A stretch of DNA of 64,000 nucleotides from Bdellovibrionales bacterium (lineage in GTDB: Bacteria > Bdellovibrionota > Bdellovibrionia > Bdellovibrionales > JAGQZY01): contig JAGQZY010000001.1 of NCBI GenBank assembly GCA_020435205.1, forward strand, positions 58,229-122,228, written 5' to 3'. A program made the position numbers and the translations under genes. This document shows, in pieces, positions 53,522 through 63,250 of the stretch. The notes under the pieces were generated by a model. It did no database searches and was not told where the DNA came from. It saw only the letters and a list, made by a program, of their open reading frames with translations. How positions within the stretch are numbered: the stretch's first letter is position 1; each line of letters begins with the position of its first letter.

Positions 53522-54691
53522 ATGGCGACATCCTATTGGTTAGATCGTAGTAGTGATCACAAAGCAAAAACTTTTGATATTCTCATTGTTGGTGGTGGAA
53601 TCACTGGAGCATCCACAGCCTTTTGGTTAAAGAAAGAAGATCCAAATTTAAAAATTGCTATCCTTGAAAAAAGCCGACTCGCTTTTGGCGCTAGCGGGCG
53701 CAACGCAGGGTTTATCACTTGTGGATCAGTGGAACACTTTAATCGAATGGTTTCCAAACATGGTGAAGCTCAAGCTTTAGAAATTTGGAAGTTTGCCGAG
53801 ACCAATATGTCTCTATTGAAAGAGCATATTATTGAAAATGAAAAATCCTTAGAGTTTGAACAGCGAGGAGCTTACTCTTTAGCCGCGGAGTCGGCAGAGT
53901 TTAATGAGTTAAAATCGGTCGCTCAACTCATGAACCGGTTGAATATTGGGAATGAAGTTCTTGGAAGTGACCAGGTTGAAAAAAGATTGGGTGCTTTTGG
54001 TTTTGAGGGAGGCATTCGTTACCTTAAAGATGGAGCCATTAATCCCTATAAACTGGTGAAAAAAATTTTTGATAAATCCGGTTGTGAGTTCTTTGATCAA
54101 ACCGAAGTGTTCGCTATTGAAAGCTCAACCGCGGGTGATCGTATTGTGAAGACTGACAATGGTGTTTTCCATGCATCAATTGTTGTTCTTTGTACGAACG
54201 GATATAGTGGCAACTTGAGTTCTTACTTTAAGGACAAAATTTATCCAACTCGTGGGCAAATCATGATGGTAGAGCCGGTAGAACCTTTTATGGACGGACC
54301 CTGTTACGCCAATTTCTATTTAGATTATTTCAGGCAATTGGCAGATGGCTCGTTATTAATCGGTGGTTTTCGCCAGCTTGAAAAGGAAACGGAAGTGGGA
54401 TACTCGGATCACATTACTGATGTGATTCAATCGGCCCTTCATGATTTTGTTCAAAAGCACCTGCCTCGTTTCAAAGACAAAAAAATCACCCATCGTTGGG
54501 CTGGAATTATGGGATTTTCTCAAGATGGAGAGCCTATGATTGGTGCTTTGCCTGAAGACAATCAGGTGTTTTTCTGTGGTGGTTTTACGGGTCATGGAAT
54601 CGGTTTAGCTTTTCATTCTGGGAAGTGTTTATCAGATTTAATATTTGGCCATCCTATTCCCGAGTGGATATCTGCACGGCGCTTCCCCTAG
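53522..54691 (+). CDS. FAD-dependent oxidoreductase (DAO family)
   Basis: DILIVGGGITGASTAFWL dinucleotide-binding motif; C-terminal GGFTGHGIG. Confidence 0.75.
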   Translation: MATSYWLDRSSDHKAKTFDILIVGGGITGASTAFWLKKEDPNLKIAILEKSRLAFGASGRNAGFITCGSVEHFNRMVSKHGEAQALEIWKFAETNMSLLKEHIIENEKSLEFEQRGAYSLAAESAEFNELKSVAQLMNRLNIGNEVLGSDQVEKRLGAFGFEGGIRYLKDGAINPYKLVKKIFDKSGCEFFDQTEVFAIESSTAGDRIVKTDNGVFHASIVVLCTNGYSGNLSSYFKDKIYPTRGQIMMVEPVEPFMDGPCYANFYLDYFRQLADGSLLIGGFRQLEKETEVGYSDHITDVIQSALHDFVQKHLPRFKDKKITHRWAGIMGFSQDGEPMIGALPEDNQVFFCGGFTGHGIGLAFHSGKCLSDLIFGHPIPEWISARRFP

Positions 54692-54758
54692 GACCAAGGT
54701 CGAGGAAGGCTGTCTTTTAGTCTAAAGACTCCCTATCATAGTCAGTTGGGAGGGAAGC

Positions 54759-55544
54759 ATGAAAATTGTTGATACTATGCCCTTAGAGTTTTTTGGAGAG
54801 GTCTCTATTTATTTTGGGGTCGGGGTTGAAGTGGTCATGGCACTCCTATTGGGTGGGCTGATTGGCTACGATCGCGAGAAAAAATTTAAATCGGCAGGTA
54901 TCAAAACAAATATTCTCATTTGTATTGGCGCGACTCTATATACCACGATTGGTATGATGGTTTCCGCGGGGACCAGTGGCGTTGCCGATCCGAATCGAAT
55001 GGCAGCACAAATAGTGAGTGGGATTGGTTTTCTTGGAGCCGGTGCCATTATTCAAGGACGCGGCAATGTGATGGGGATGACCACAGCCGCCATGATCTGG
55101 GTGGTGGCAGCCGTTGGCTTTGCTGTGGGGGCTGGTTACCCATTCACTGCGGCTTTATTCACCTTAACGGTTCTTGTGGTCATGAAATTAATCAGCCCTG
55201 TTTATCGCTATCTCGAGCAACATAGTGAATATGAATACTATCAATTGCAGGTTCTCTCCCGGGGTTCAGTGAAGAGGACCATCCGTGGAATCATCAACAA
55301 TTTTAACTTGGATATCGATGAGATGTTCGAGGAACAATTCAATGGAAAAAAGGGGCGTCGAATCCTTAACCTTTATATGCTGGCCCACCGCCGTCATATG
55401 GAAAGAGTGGTTATGGAAATCCGCTCAGCCCTCAATGTGGATAAGGCGGTATATTTCACAGTGGCAGAAATGGACGCGGAAGAGGAAGCCAGAGCCAACA
55501 AGGAAAGTTCAAAAGCCAGCACCGTGAAAAAGGAAATCTCCTAG
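54759..55544 (+). CDS. MgtC/SapB-family membrane protein with C-terminal ACT-like domain
   Basis: LLLGGLIGYDREKKFKSAGIKTNILICIGATLYT. Confidence 0.85.
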   Translation: MKIVDTMPLEFFGEVSIYFGVGVEVVMALLLGGLIGYDREKKFKSAGIKTNILICIGATLYTTIGMMVSAGTSGVADPNRMAAQIVSGIGFLGAGAIIQGRGNVMGMTTAAMIWVVAAVGFAVGAGYPFTAALFTLTVLVVMKLISPVYRYLEQHSEYEYYQLQVLSRGSVKRTIRGIINNFNLDIDEMFEEQFNGKKGRRILNLYMLAHRRHMERVVMEIRSALNVDKAVYFTVAEMDAEEEARANKESSKASTVKKEIS

Positions 55545-55619
55545 CCGCGCTGGATTTTTCCTGACGGGCGTGATATCCCTTGGGATCCCTAGGCCTGAGC
55601 TTAAAAAGGATACGCCCCC

Positions 55620-56255
55620 ATGCCCATAAAAGGTTTGCTTGATCAATGTTTTGCGGAAAGTGAGCTCAAAGAGTTCCAGCGCGGCGATTTGATTTACCGG
55701 CAGGGTGAGCATCCCCATAGTCTTTTTCTATTAGAGGAAGGTTTGGTTGGACTACTAAGATATTCAGTCAAAGGGCAAGAGCACCTTTTGCGTCTTTTTC
55801 AGGCCGGCCAGGTATTAGGACATCGTTCCATTATTGCCGATGAGGAATACCATGCCACTGCTCGCTGCATAGAACCCTGTAAGCTGAGGGTGATTCCTCG
55901 GCAACGATTCGAGGGTTGTATTGGCCAACATCCAGAGGCTTCTCAATTTATGATGAGGTCCTTAGCTAGGGATTTGCGTCGAGCCGAAGTGCGTAGCATT
56001 GTTGTTACCGATAGTGAAGTCTTGGCTCGGGTAGCAGCGACACTCCTCTATTTCAAAGGCCTTAATCCTGAACATCATTGGACAAGAACTGAGATTGCAA
56101 ACTACTGTGCCAGCCGAACACCCACAGTCATTAAGGCCCTTGGTGAGCTAGAAAAGCGAGGCCTAATTGAACAAAAGGGTCGCGAAATCAATATATTGAG
56201 CCAAGAAGGCTTGTGTAGCCTCACTGACGAATCAGAAATCGCCTCCACATTGTAA
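55620..56255 (+). CDS. Crp/Fnr-family transcriptional regulator
   Basis: cNMP-binding-like fold (LFLLEEGLVGL...) and C-terminal HTH TRTEIANYCASRTPTVIKALGELEKRGLI. There is no N-terminal Fnr Cys cluster. Confidence 0.75.
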   Translation: MPIKGLLDQCFAESELKEFQRGDLIYRQGEHPHSLFLLEEGLVGLLRYSVKGQEHLLRLFQAGQVLGHRSIIADEEYHATARCIEPCKLRVIPRQRFEGCIGQHPEASQFMMRSLARDLRRAEVRSIVVTDSEVLARVAATLLYFKGLNPEHHWTRTEIANYCASRTPTVIKALGELEKRGLIEQKGREINILSQEGLCSLTDESEIASTL

Positions 56256-56300
56256 GCCAGGTTATAAATAAAAATTCTAACATTCTGATACCTTGTAAGT

Positions 56301-56636
56301 ATGTTTAGCCATTGGATTACGGCCAAGTACTTATACGATTTACTCACCTCAGAACCTGAGTGTGTCCAAGTTTGGGATTTGAGAGCGTCGGAGGATTTTC
56401 GACGTCTCCATATTCCCGGTGCAAAAAAGATCGAGGGGCAACAATTGCTTCCTCTAGTGGAAGAATTTAACCAAGACATTCTGATTGTTGTGGTGGGCGA
56501 AGAATCCCAGTTAAAAAATTTAGTGGACCATTTTCTTAGTTATGACAATGTTATTTTTTTAGGGGACGGTTTAGAGTCCTGGCTCAGCTCTGGATACCCT
56601 GTGCAGAGTTTAGAAGGTGAGAGGATGGGGTCATGA
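56301..56636 (+). CDS. Rhodanese-homology domain protein lacking the catalytic Cys
   Basis: DLRASEDFRRLHIPGAKKI. At the expected active-site loop position the sequence is IVVVGEESQ, with Gly where rhodaneses carry Cys. Confidence 0.6.
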   Translation: MFSHWITAKYLYDLLTSEPECVQVWDLRASEDFRRLHIPGAKKIEGQQLLPLVEEFNQDILIVVVGEESQLKNLVDHFLSYDNVIFLGDGLESWLSSGYPVQSLEGERMGS

Positions 56637-57052
56637 ATACGGAATTTTTATTAGCAATGATAGGTGGTGTGCTGATTGGTTTTTCGGCGACAAAAATGTT
56701 TATTCTTAAAGGCCGGGTGGCAGGAATCAGTGGAATTGTTTCTGGAATTTTATTTCCACAAGCAAATGAGTGGATGTGGCGAGTGTTTTTCGCTCTCGGA
56801 TTATTAGGAGGAGGGCTTGTCCTTAGACTTTTTTACCCCCAAGCTCTAGAAAATAATTTTGATAACCCGATGGTCTATACCTTGGTGGGTGGATTTCTTG
56901 TGGGCTATGGCACTTTACTTGGAAATGGTTGCACGAGTGGCCATGGAGTTTGTGGAATATCGCGCCTATCTTTGCGCTCAATTGTGGCCACTGCAACGTT
57001 TATGCTTTTTGGGATACTGACAGTTTATATTATCCAACACGTGGTTTCTTAG
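56633..57052 (+). CDS. YeeE/YedE-family sulfur-compound transporter half-protein
   Basis: [12 protein letters not shown] motif; 4 TM helices. ATGA overlap with the rhodanese-like gene. Confidence 0.75.
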   Translation: MNTEFLLAMIGGVLIGFSATKMFILKGRVAGISGIVSGILFPQANEWMWRVFFALGLLGGGLVLRLFYPQALENNFDNPMVYTLVGGFLVGYGTLLGNGCTSGHGVCGISRLSLRSIVATATFMLFGILTVYIIQHVVS

Positions 57053-57063
57053 GAGGGTTCATT

Positions 57064-57495
57064 ATGGCTCAGAATTTAACAGCCCTTATTTCAGGTTTGG
57101 TCTTTGCCCTCGGGCTTGGAGTTTCAGGGATGACTCAGCCACAAAAAATCGTGGGCTTTCTCGACCTTTTTGGGGACTGGCAACCCGCTTTGATTTTTGT
57201 CATGCTTGGGGCCATTAGCTTTCACAGTTTAATGTATTATTTTTTCAAGCATCGCACATCACCATTGTTGGGTGGCGATTTTCGGATGCCGACTCTCAAA
57301 AATGTGACTCCTCGTTTGGTGATTGGGTCAGCCATTTTTGGAGTGGGTTGGGGTATGGCGGGTTTTTGCCCAGGCCCTGGAATTACAAGTTTGTTTTCGG
57401 GCCAATCAGCAAGCTTTCAATTTGTGGGCGCTATGTTGGTTGGAATGATTATTTTTAAAGTTACTGCACCCTTGGTTCTTGGTGAAGATGGTTGA
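57064..57495 (+). CDS. YeeE/YedE-family second half-protein
   Basis: ATG 57064 follows GGAGGG. Motif GFCPGPG. Confidence 0.7.
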   Translation: MAQNLTALISGLVFALGLGVSGMTQPQKIVGFLDLFGDWQPALIFVMLGAISFHSLMYYFFKHRTSPLLGGDFRMPTLKNVTPRLVIGSAIFGVGWGMAGFCPGPGITSLFSGQSASFQFVGAMLVGMIIFKVTAPLVLGEDG

Positions 57496-57614
57496 ACGTG
57501 AATTGTGAACTCGGTCTCTGTGCTTGTGGATAACCTATTTTCGGGTGGGGTTATTCTTCTTTTTTTAATTATTTTAAAAGAGTGGGCGGATCTTCCAGTG
57601 GTTTTGCTCTCTCT

Positions 57615-57643
57615 CCCCGGCGCCAGGCCGGGGTTCTTTTTTT
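57615..57643 (+). terminator. Strong intrinsic terminator ~120 nt downstream of the YeeE/YedE pair
   Basis: CCCCGGC-gccag-GCCGGGG followed by ttcttttttt. Confidence 0.8.
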
Positions 57644-57697
57644 ACTAAGCCTTATATGATGGGAACTATTGATTATCGGCATTAGCCGTGCTTTTAT

Positions 57698-58765
57698 ATG
57701 TCTATGTCCAATGGTCATCATTGCCATTCAGATTCCAGTGGCCCCAGTCACTGCGCCCCTCAAAAAAGCTTGGATTGGCTCCTATGGGGCTCTCTTGCCA
57801 TCATTCTCCCGAGCTACCTTTTGTTTTATCTCAGTGTTCCGTTGCCTTATTTTTTGCAGCACTTTGTTCATTCCAATGTGGAATTAATGAACACTATGAT
57901 GTGGGGGATTGTTCTTGGGATCTTTTTTGTCGGGGTTTTAAGTTTTGTACCTCGTGAAGCAGTGATCTCGGTGATTGGCTCACCAAGAAGTAAACGAGGC
58001 ATTTTGCGAGCCGCTGTTGCCGGCCTTCTTTTAGATTTGTGTAGCCATGGAATTCTTATGGTGGCTATTAAACTCTACGAGAGAGGGGCTTCTTATGCCC
58101 AGGTCTTGGCTTTCTTAATTGCCAGTCCATGGAACTCACTTTCATTGACGCTTATTCTGGTGGCATTGGTGGGCTTACCTTTAACGACAGCCTTTATTAT
58201 TTTTTCTGCGGTTATTGCCATCGTAACCGGTCTTATTATTAGAAGCTTAGTTTTAGCGGGCCACCTGCCGGCCAATCCTCATGAGGTGGCCCTACCAGAC
58301 AACTACCAGCTTTTGCCAGACCTTAAAAAAAGTTTTGTTGAGGCCTGGAGCCAGCCAGGTTTTTTTAAAAAGTTTCTTCTGAGCAGCCTGAATGACAGCC
58401 GTATGGTTTTGCGGTGGTTGTTTTTTGGAGTGGTGTTGACGGCATCGGTGCGTCTTATTCTCACTCCAGAAATGTATTCTGAGTATCTTGGTCCGTCACT
58501 CTCGGGCTTGGGAATCACCCTATTTGTTGCTACCCTCCTTGAGGTATGTTCGGAAGGGTCGACCCCTTTGGCAGCCGATTTGGTAACCAGAGCCCACGCT
58601 CCAGGAAATGCCTTTGCCTTTTTAATGACAGGCGTATCTACCGACTACACCGAAATTATGTCCCTGCGCTCAGCCACGGAAAGCTGGAAGCTGACTCTTG
58701 CTCTTCCCCTCCTCACCATTCCGCAAGTGGTTTTACTAGCCTGGTTTATCAATTTTTATGGTTGA
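57698..58765 (+). CDS. Permease of the PF03773/ArsP-YraQ type with a His/Cys-rich N-terminus
   Basis: MSMSNGHHCHSDSSGPSHCAPQ, followed by ~8-10 TM helices; LLDLCSHG...EVCSEGSTPLAADL. Confidence 0.6.
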   Translation: MSMSNGHHCHSDSSGPSHCAPQKSLDWLLWGSLAIILPSYLLFYLSVPLPYFLQHFVHSNVELMNTMMWGIVLGIFFVGVLSFVPREAVISVIGSPRSKRGILRAAVAGLLLDLCSHGILMVAIKLYERGASYAQVLAFLIASPWNSLSLTLILVALVGLPLTTAFIIFSAVIAIVTGLIIRSLVLAGHLPANPHEVALPDNYQLLPDLKKSFVEAWSQPGFFKKFLLSSLNDSRMVLRWLFFGVVLTASVRLILTPEMYSEYLGPSLSGLGITLFVATLLEVCSEGSTPLAADLVTRAHAPGNAFAFLMTGVSTDYTEIMSLRSATESWKLTLALPLLTIPQVVLLAWFINFYG

Positions 58766-59478
58766 TATTCAAAAGTGGCTTGTAAGGGCAGGTGGTCAGA
58801 AAGCCATTTCCACTCTTTTCCTTTAATGACGGTGGCTTCTTTTAAAAGAAGACCACGATAGTAGAATCGGTCTAAGTTGACAGTGGGTACAAGACTTGGA
58901 AACGTTTTTAAACTTTGGCAATTATTGAGTTCGACAATATTGGCCTCCTTTAAGGGGTCAGCCAGTGCATGCCGCCAGTCGTTAAAATCCCCTGCCAATA
59001 AAAGAGGTTCATCGCTGGGGATGGCTTCTTCAATCCGCTGGACAATGTGTGAGGCCTGCCTTTGCCGACTCACTTCAAATAAATCTAAATGCACACACAA
59101 AAGATGTAGGGGGGCTCGCAAAGAAGGGATATCTAATTTTACGTGCAAAAGACCACGCTTTGCAAATCGCGATTCAGAGATATCTATATTTTCAGAGAAG
59201 GTAATCGGGTATTTACTAAGAATGCCATTGCCATGATGACCTCTTTGATACTCAGAGTTTTTGCCATACTGATGAAAGGGCCAAATATGATCAGCAATAT
59301 GCTCTAGAGGATGATTACTGGCAGAATAATTTTTTGGATGTTTGCCATGGATTTCTTGCAAAAAAATAATATCCACTCCGAGTGAGGCAAGAAGGTTTTT
59401 GATGCCATCCAATTTATAGGATCTAAGCCAAAAGCTTCGCCCTTTATGCATATTGTAAGTTACAGCCCTAAACGTCAT
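58756..59478 (-). CDS. Endonuclease/exonuclease/phosphatase family protein (YbhP-like)
   Basis: VTYNMHKG, IIFLQEI, LLAGDFNDW, SDHLPL. It starts 1 nt after the PLD gene stop. Confidence 0.8.
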   Translation of the reverse strand: MTFRAVTYNMHKGRSFWLRSYKLDGIKNLLASLGVDIIFLQEIHGKHPKNYSASNHPLEHIADHIWPFHQYGKNSEYQRGHHGNGILSKYPITFSENIDISESRFAKRGLLHVKLDIPSLRAPLHLLCVHLDLFEVSRQRQASHIVQRIEEAIPSDEPLLLAGDFNDWRHALADPLKEANIVELNNCQSLKTFPSLVPTVNLDRFYYRGLLLKEATVIKGKEWKWLSDHLPLQATFEYQP

Positions 59479-59479
59479 C

Positions 59480-60691
59480 CTACATCCAGTTTTTAAAAAA
59501 TAGGATAAGTCGAATCATCAGAATGTTCAACCAACCCACCTTATCAAGGTCTTCCTTTTTCACAGGAGTGGAAGATAGAAGGTCTTCCTCAAATTGTTGC
59601 AGAACCTGCTTTCTTGCTCTTTTCTGAGTAAGGGCAACATCGATTTCTAGGTCGTGCAAAAGGCTACGATGGTTGAGGTTCGTCGACCCAACAATGCAGT
59701 CTTGATCAAATATAAGAACCTTTGCATGAAAAATTTGAGGCTGGTAGGCATAAATCTTAGCCCCGGCCTTCAACAAACTTCGGAAAAAATAGGGCATTAC
59801 CCTTTGAACAATCGGCACATCAGACTTTTCTGTGACAATCATTTTTACAGTCACGCCTCTTTTAGCGGCCTGACAAAGTTCTTTAAGGAGGAAGCTTGTC
59901 GGCACAAAATAAGGAGTCGAAAGACCAATAAAAGACTGAGCTTCTCGAATTCTGCGCAAGATTTCGTTATTCTTCCTTTGTCGAGCGAGAATGTTAAAAT
60001 TGGTGAATATCGTTGAACTTTGTCTATAGTGTTTTTTCCAGCTGGGTTTAAGAATTTTGATTTTAGAAGCCTGTTTAAAAAAAGAGCGCGCCCAGGAAAA
60101 CTCAAAAGAGGCCTTTACTTCTTGTGGGCAGGGCGAGAGGCTCAGTCCGGTTTCTCGCCATGACAGCGATTCCTGCCAAAAATTCATACTGCCAAGAAAG
60201 CAAATCTTGTTATCGATGATGGCTACTTTTTTGTGGGTGCGTCGGTTGGCTTTTAGCCAAAAAGTCACCATTCTTTGGACATTCCACAGATCACTGTAGG
60301 TGAAGCGAGAAAACGGCCAGGGCAGGGGGTGAAAGCTTCGCCATTCAAAATGGTCAAGCTGACCACATAGTCCATATTTTTGAATCCAAGGATGAGATCC
60401 AAACCCATCCACAATAAGGCGAACCTGAACACCCCGACGGCTGGCCAATTTAAGCTTTTCTATTAAAAGTTTTCCTAACTCATCATCAGCAAGAATATAA
60501 GTTTCTACTTCAATGCTTTTTTGGGCCTGGTCGACCTCTTTGAACAAATCGTCAAAATAGATCTGACCAGAAGCATAGACTGTTTCGTTCATAGCCATAA
60601 GAAACAATGAAAGCATACAGAAGGCAAGGGGTGTTAAAAAAAGAGGGGCAAATGCCCCTCTGGCTCGAAGAGGATGGAACGCTATTCCCAC
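59480..60691 (-). CDS. Phospholipase D-family protein, cardiolipin synthase ClsB-like
   Basis: Two HKD motifs: HKKVAIIDNKICFLGSMN and HAKVLIFDQDCIVGSTNLNHRS. The start is uncertain (GTG 60691 or ATG 60616). Confidence 0.75.
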   Translation of the reverse strand: MGIAFHPLRARGAFAPLFLTPLAFCMLSLFLMAMNETVYASGQIYFDDLFKEVDQAQKSIEVETYILADDELGKLLIEKLKLASRRGVQVRLIVDGFGSHPWIQKYGLCGQLDHFEWRSFHPLPWPFSRFTYSDLWNVQRMVTFWLKANRRTHKKVAIIDNKICFLGSMNFWQESLSWRETGLSLSPCPQEVKASFEFSWARSFFKQASKIKILKPSWKKHYRQSSTIFTNFNILARQRKNNEILRRIREAQSFIGLSTPYFVPTSFLLKELCQAAKRGVTVKMIVTEKSDVPIVQRVMPYFFRSLLKAGAKIYAYQPQIFHAKVLIFDQDCIVGSTNLNHRSLLHDLEIDVALTQKRARKQVLQQFEEDLLSSTPVKKEDLDKVGWLNILMIRLILFFKNWM

Positions 60692-60928
60692 GAGTCTTTT
60701 GAATAACGTCCTTAGCCTTTAAGGTGAACGGTCAACACCCCCTTATCCAAGCGGGCTTCCACCTTCTGTCAGGCCATTATCATGGGGGACCATCCATCTA
60801 TTCACTTAAGCAAATGTCTTGCCACATAAGATAAAAAATAAGGTGAGATGGATTGGAACTTGCGACATTCTGTTCAATATTGAGGTGACATTTTGTCGCG
60901 CTTGTATGCGTTATGGGCCTCTAAAAAC

Positions 60929-62248
60929 CTATTGAGTGTCTTTGTGCAATTCTGGCTTTTCTGCGGAAACCTGCCGTCCCTCTTCTTGCTGAACGTAATT
61001 TCGCTCAATGTACTGTACGTGTTCTAAATAATTAGGCAGCAACTCTTTAGGAACGGACTGAGAGGGGGGGAGTTTTACATTGAGCGGATCTTGGTAGCTG
61101 TCATTTTTAAAAAGTTCAAAATGAAGATGAGGGCCCGTCGCAGCCCCAGTGGCACCAACATAGCCAATGACTTGTCCTTGTTCAATACGCGAACCCACTC
61201 TTAAACCGGGCTTAAAGCGACTGAGGTGGAGGTAGCGAGATTTAAAATTTCCTGGATGACGAACCACAATCATTTTTCCTGCACTTCCAAACCTTCCAAT
61301 TTTAGTAACGCGGCCACCACCAATGGAACGTACGGGGGTTCCCCGAGGAGCTCCATAATCCACCCCGTAATGGGGTCTGTAGATTTTCTTGATGGGGTGA
61401 AATCGTCGACGAGAAAAGCGGGAAGTGATCCGACCAAACTTCAGCGGACTCTTCAGAAACATTTTCCGCAAGGACCGTCCTAATTCATCAAAGTGACCAC
61501 GGACCCCTTTGGCTTTATCTTCAAAATAATAAGCTTTGTGGGAATTATCTTGGTTAATGTATTCAGCATGGAGGATATTCCCCCAGCCGACATGTTTACC
61601 TTCAGCTAGTATTTCCTCAGCACTGAATTTCCAACGGTCACCCGGGCGAATCTCTCGGTAAAAGTCCACCTCCCAGGAAAAGACCTCAGCAAGTTCTGTG
61701 ATTAAATAGGGAGGAACTTCGGCCTTCATGCCCGAGGTCCACAGGCTATCCTGCACTTCTCCTTCGTAGGAAAGGATACGAGTTTTCGTTGTCAATTTCT
61801 TTAGCTCGGCAACCCAATTGTCTTCTTTGGGGTAAAGTTCTAATCGTTGAATGTTTGAAATATTAAAAACGACACGGTGGATTTCTTCGGTGGTGGTTTT
61901 TTCAACGGTAAAGCGGGTGCCAGGTGTCACTTGGCTCAAATTATATTCTGGTTTAGCAGCTTTGACGATTTCATTAATTTCTTGTGGAGAGAAGCCCGCC
62001 TCCCGCAAGCTCTCAAATGATGTTGAGTTCTTTTTGATTTCGTACTCTTCTCTCACAACATTGAGAATAGAAGAAATGGCTCCTGATTCTTTGTTGTAGG
62101 GGATTTTCATTTCTTCTGGCTTAAGGGGAATTTGTGATTCCGCACCAGTAATAGGGTCATCGGTGGGCTCGTGAGCACGAGTGCAACCAGAGAAAACCAG
62201 GCTAGCCAACAAAGTGAAAACAATGACGGATTGCCAACTAGTTTTCAT
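60929..62248 (-). CDS. M23-family peptidase lipoprotein (MepM/OapA-like)
   Basis: ATG 62248 follows GAGGG. MKTSWQSVIVFTLLASLVFSGC. HYGVDYGAPRGTPV...VRHPGNFKSRYLHLS...GATGAATGPHLHFEL. Confidence 0.85.
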   Translation of the reverse strand: MKTSWQSVIVFTLLASLVFSGCTRAHEPTDDPITGAESQIPLKPEEMKIPYNKESGAISSILNVVREEYEIKKNSTSFESLREAGFSPQEINEIVKAAKPEYNLSQVTPGTRFTVEKTTTEEIHRVVFNISNIQRLELYPKEDNWVAELKKLTTKTRILSYEGEVQDSLWTSGMKAEVPPYLITELAEVFSWEVDFYREIRPGDRWKFSAEEILAEGKHVGWGNILHAEYINQDNSHKAYYFEDKAKGVRGHFDELGRSLRKMFLKSPLKFGRITSRFSRRRFHPIKKIYRPHYGVDYGAPRGTPVRSIGGGRVTKIGRFGSAGKMIVVRHPGNFKSRYLHLSRFKPGLRVGSRIEQGQVIGYVGATGAATGPHLHFELFKNDSYQDPLNVKLPPSQSVPKELLPNYLEHVQYIERNYVQQEEGRQVSAEKPELHKDTQ

Positions 62249-62738
62249 GTCCCTCATCCAAGTTCTGATTGATAGCTCCATTGTCTTTGGTGTGAGCACT
62301 AGCGGCTCCATGTTTGTAAACCAATTGCCCGCCACTATGGCCCGCAAGGATGATAGGATAAACAGCAGCAATGGATAAAACTGTGCATAGTTTATGGGTC
62401 CATGACAGTTTGGATCGACCCGTTACATACGTGACCGTGTAGGCGATGAGCAAAACTCCAGCCACCCATGGGATTTTTTCACCACGTTCTTCGTGTTCGT
62501 GAACGAGTTTTTTACCAATCTTATCTTCAACGAGATCCTCATCGAACTCTCCAGATTTGACTGCAGCCAATGAAGAAACCAAGTAAAGAGCGGTTAATAC
62601 CACTAAAATTCCCCAAGATTTAGCACTGGCTTTTTTGCACTTTATAGCTCCCCATAGAAACAAGGAAAGAATGGGAATAATTATGGCGAGGGCAATAGGG
62701 AGGTGTACAACCATAGGATGATAGGGGATATCGAACAT
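62238..62738 (-). CDS. DUF2231-like membrane protein
   Basis: HPMVVHLPIALAIIIPILS; 4 TM helices. Confidence 0.5.
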   Translation of the reverse strand: MFDIPYHPMVVHLPIALAIIIPILSLFLWGAIKCKKASAKSWGILVVLTALYLVSSLAAVKSGEFDEDLVEDKIGKKLVHEHEERGEKIPWVAGVLLIAYTVTYVTGRSKLSWTHKLCTVLSIAAVYPIILAGHSGGQLVYKHGAASAHTKDNGAINQNLDEGHEN

Positions 62739-62762
62739 GAACTCTCCTCTCTGTTAGGGGGA

Positions 62763-63119
62763 TCAATCCCCTTGGTAAATGCAACCCGAGGTGCAGGTTT
62801 CTCGAATCACAACTTTCGACAAAGATGGTAAATTGGGTTTAAGCTTTTGCCAAATCCATCTCGCTAAATTTTCACTAGTCGGGTTTTCTAGACCCGAAAT
62901 CTCATTAAGATAGTTGTGATCCAGCTGCTCATAGATGGGGGCAAAAGTTTTTTTAATATCAGCAAAATCCAAGACCCACCCCTGGGGCTGTTGCAGATCT
63001 CCTCGGCAGTGGATCTCCACAAAAAAGGAGTGGCCGTGAATGCGAGAACATTTGTGGTCAGCCGGCAAATTGGGAAGCCGATGGGCCGCCTCAATATTAA
63101 AGATTTTGAAGATTTCCAT
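62763..63119 (-). CDS. queD: 6-carboxy-5,6,7,8-tetrahydropterin synthase
   Basis: MEIFKIFNIEAAHRLPNLPADHKCSRIHGHSF. Start ATG 63119. Confidence 0.85.
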   Translation of the reverse strand: MEIFKIFNIEAAHRLPNLPADHKCSRIHGHSFFVEIHCRGDLQQPQGWVLDFADIKKTFAPIYEQLDHNYLNEISGLENPTSENLARWIWQKLKPNLPSLSKVVIRETCTSGCIYQGD

Positions 63120-63250
63120 GGGGAATCTTGTATCCTTTTGGACTCTAATGCACAAGGTCCAAGACCGAATGGATGGGCGGGCCTTGTAAAAAATATAAGG
63201 CCTTTACCACCCCCTCTCTAAGTTGTAATCTTTGGCTTCTAGGGGGATTT

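Noticed and set aside
59480-60691. PLD-family gene as a possible defence nuclease
   Set aside because: The two full HKD motifs, ~400-aa size and pairing with a YbhP-like EEP gene match the ClsB/YbhP lipid-metabolism context rather than Nuc-like defence nucleases.
62249-62371. N-terminal extension of the M23 peptidase ORF (MLLFILSSLRAIVAGNW...)
   Set aside because: ATG 62248 has an SD and begins a lipoprotein signal peptide (…LVFSGC). The extension would overlap the DUF2231-like gene by more than 130 nt.
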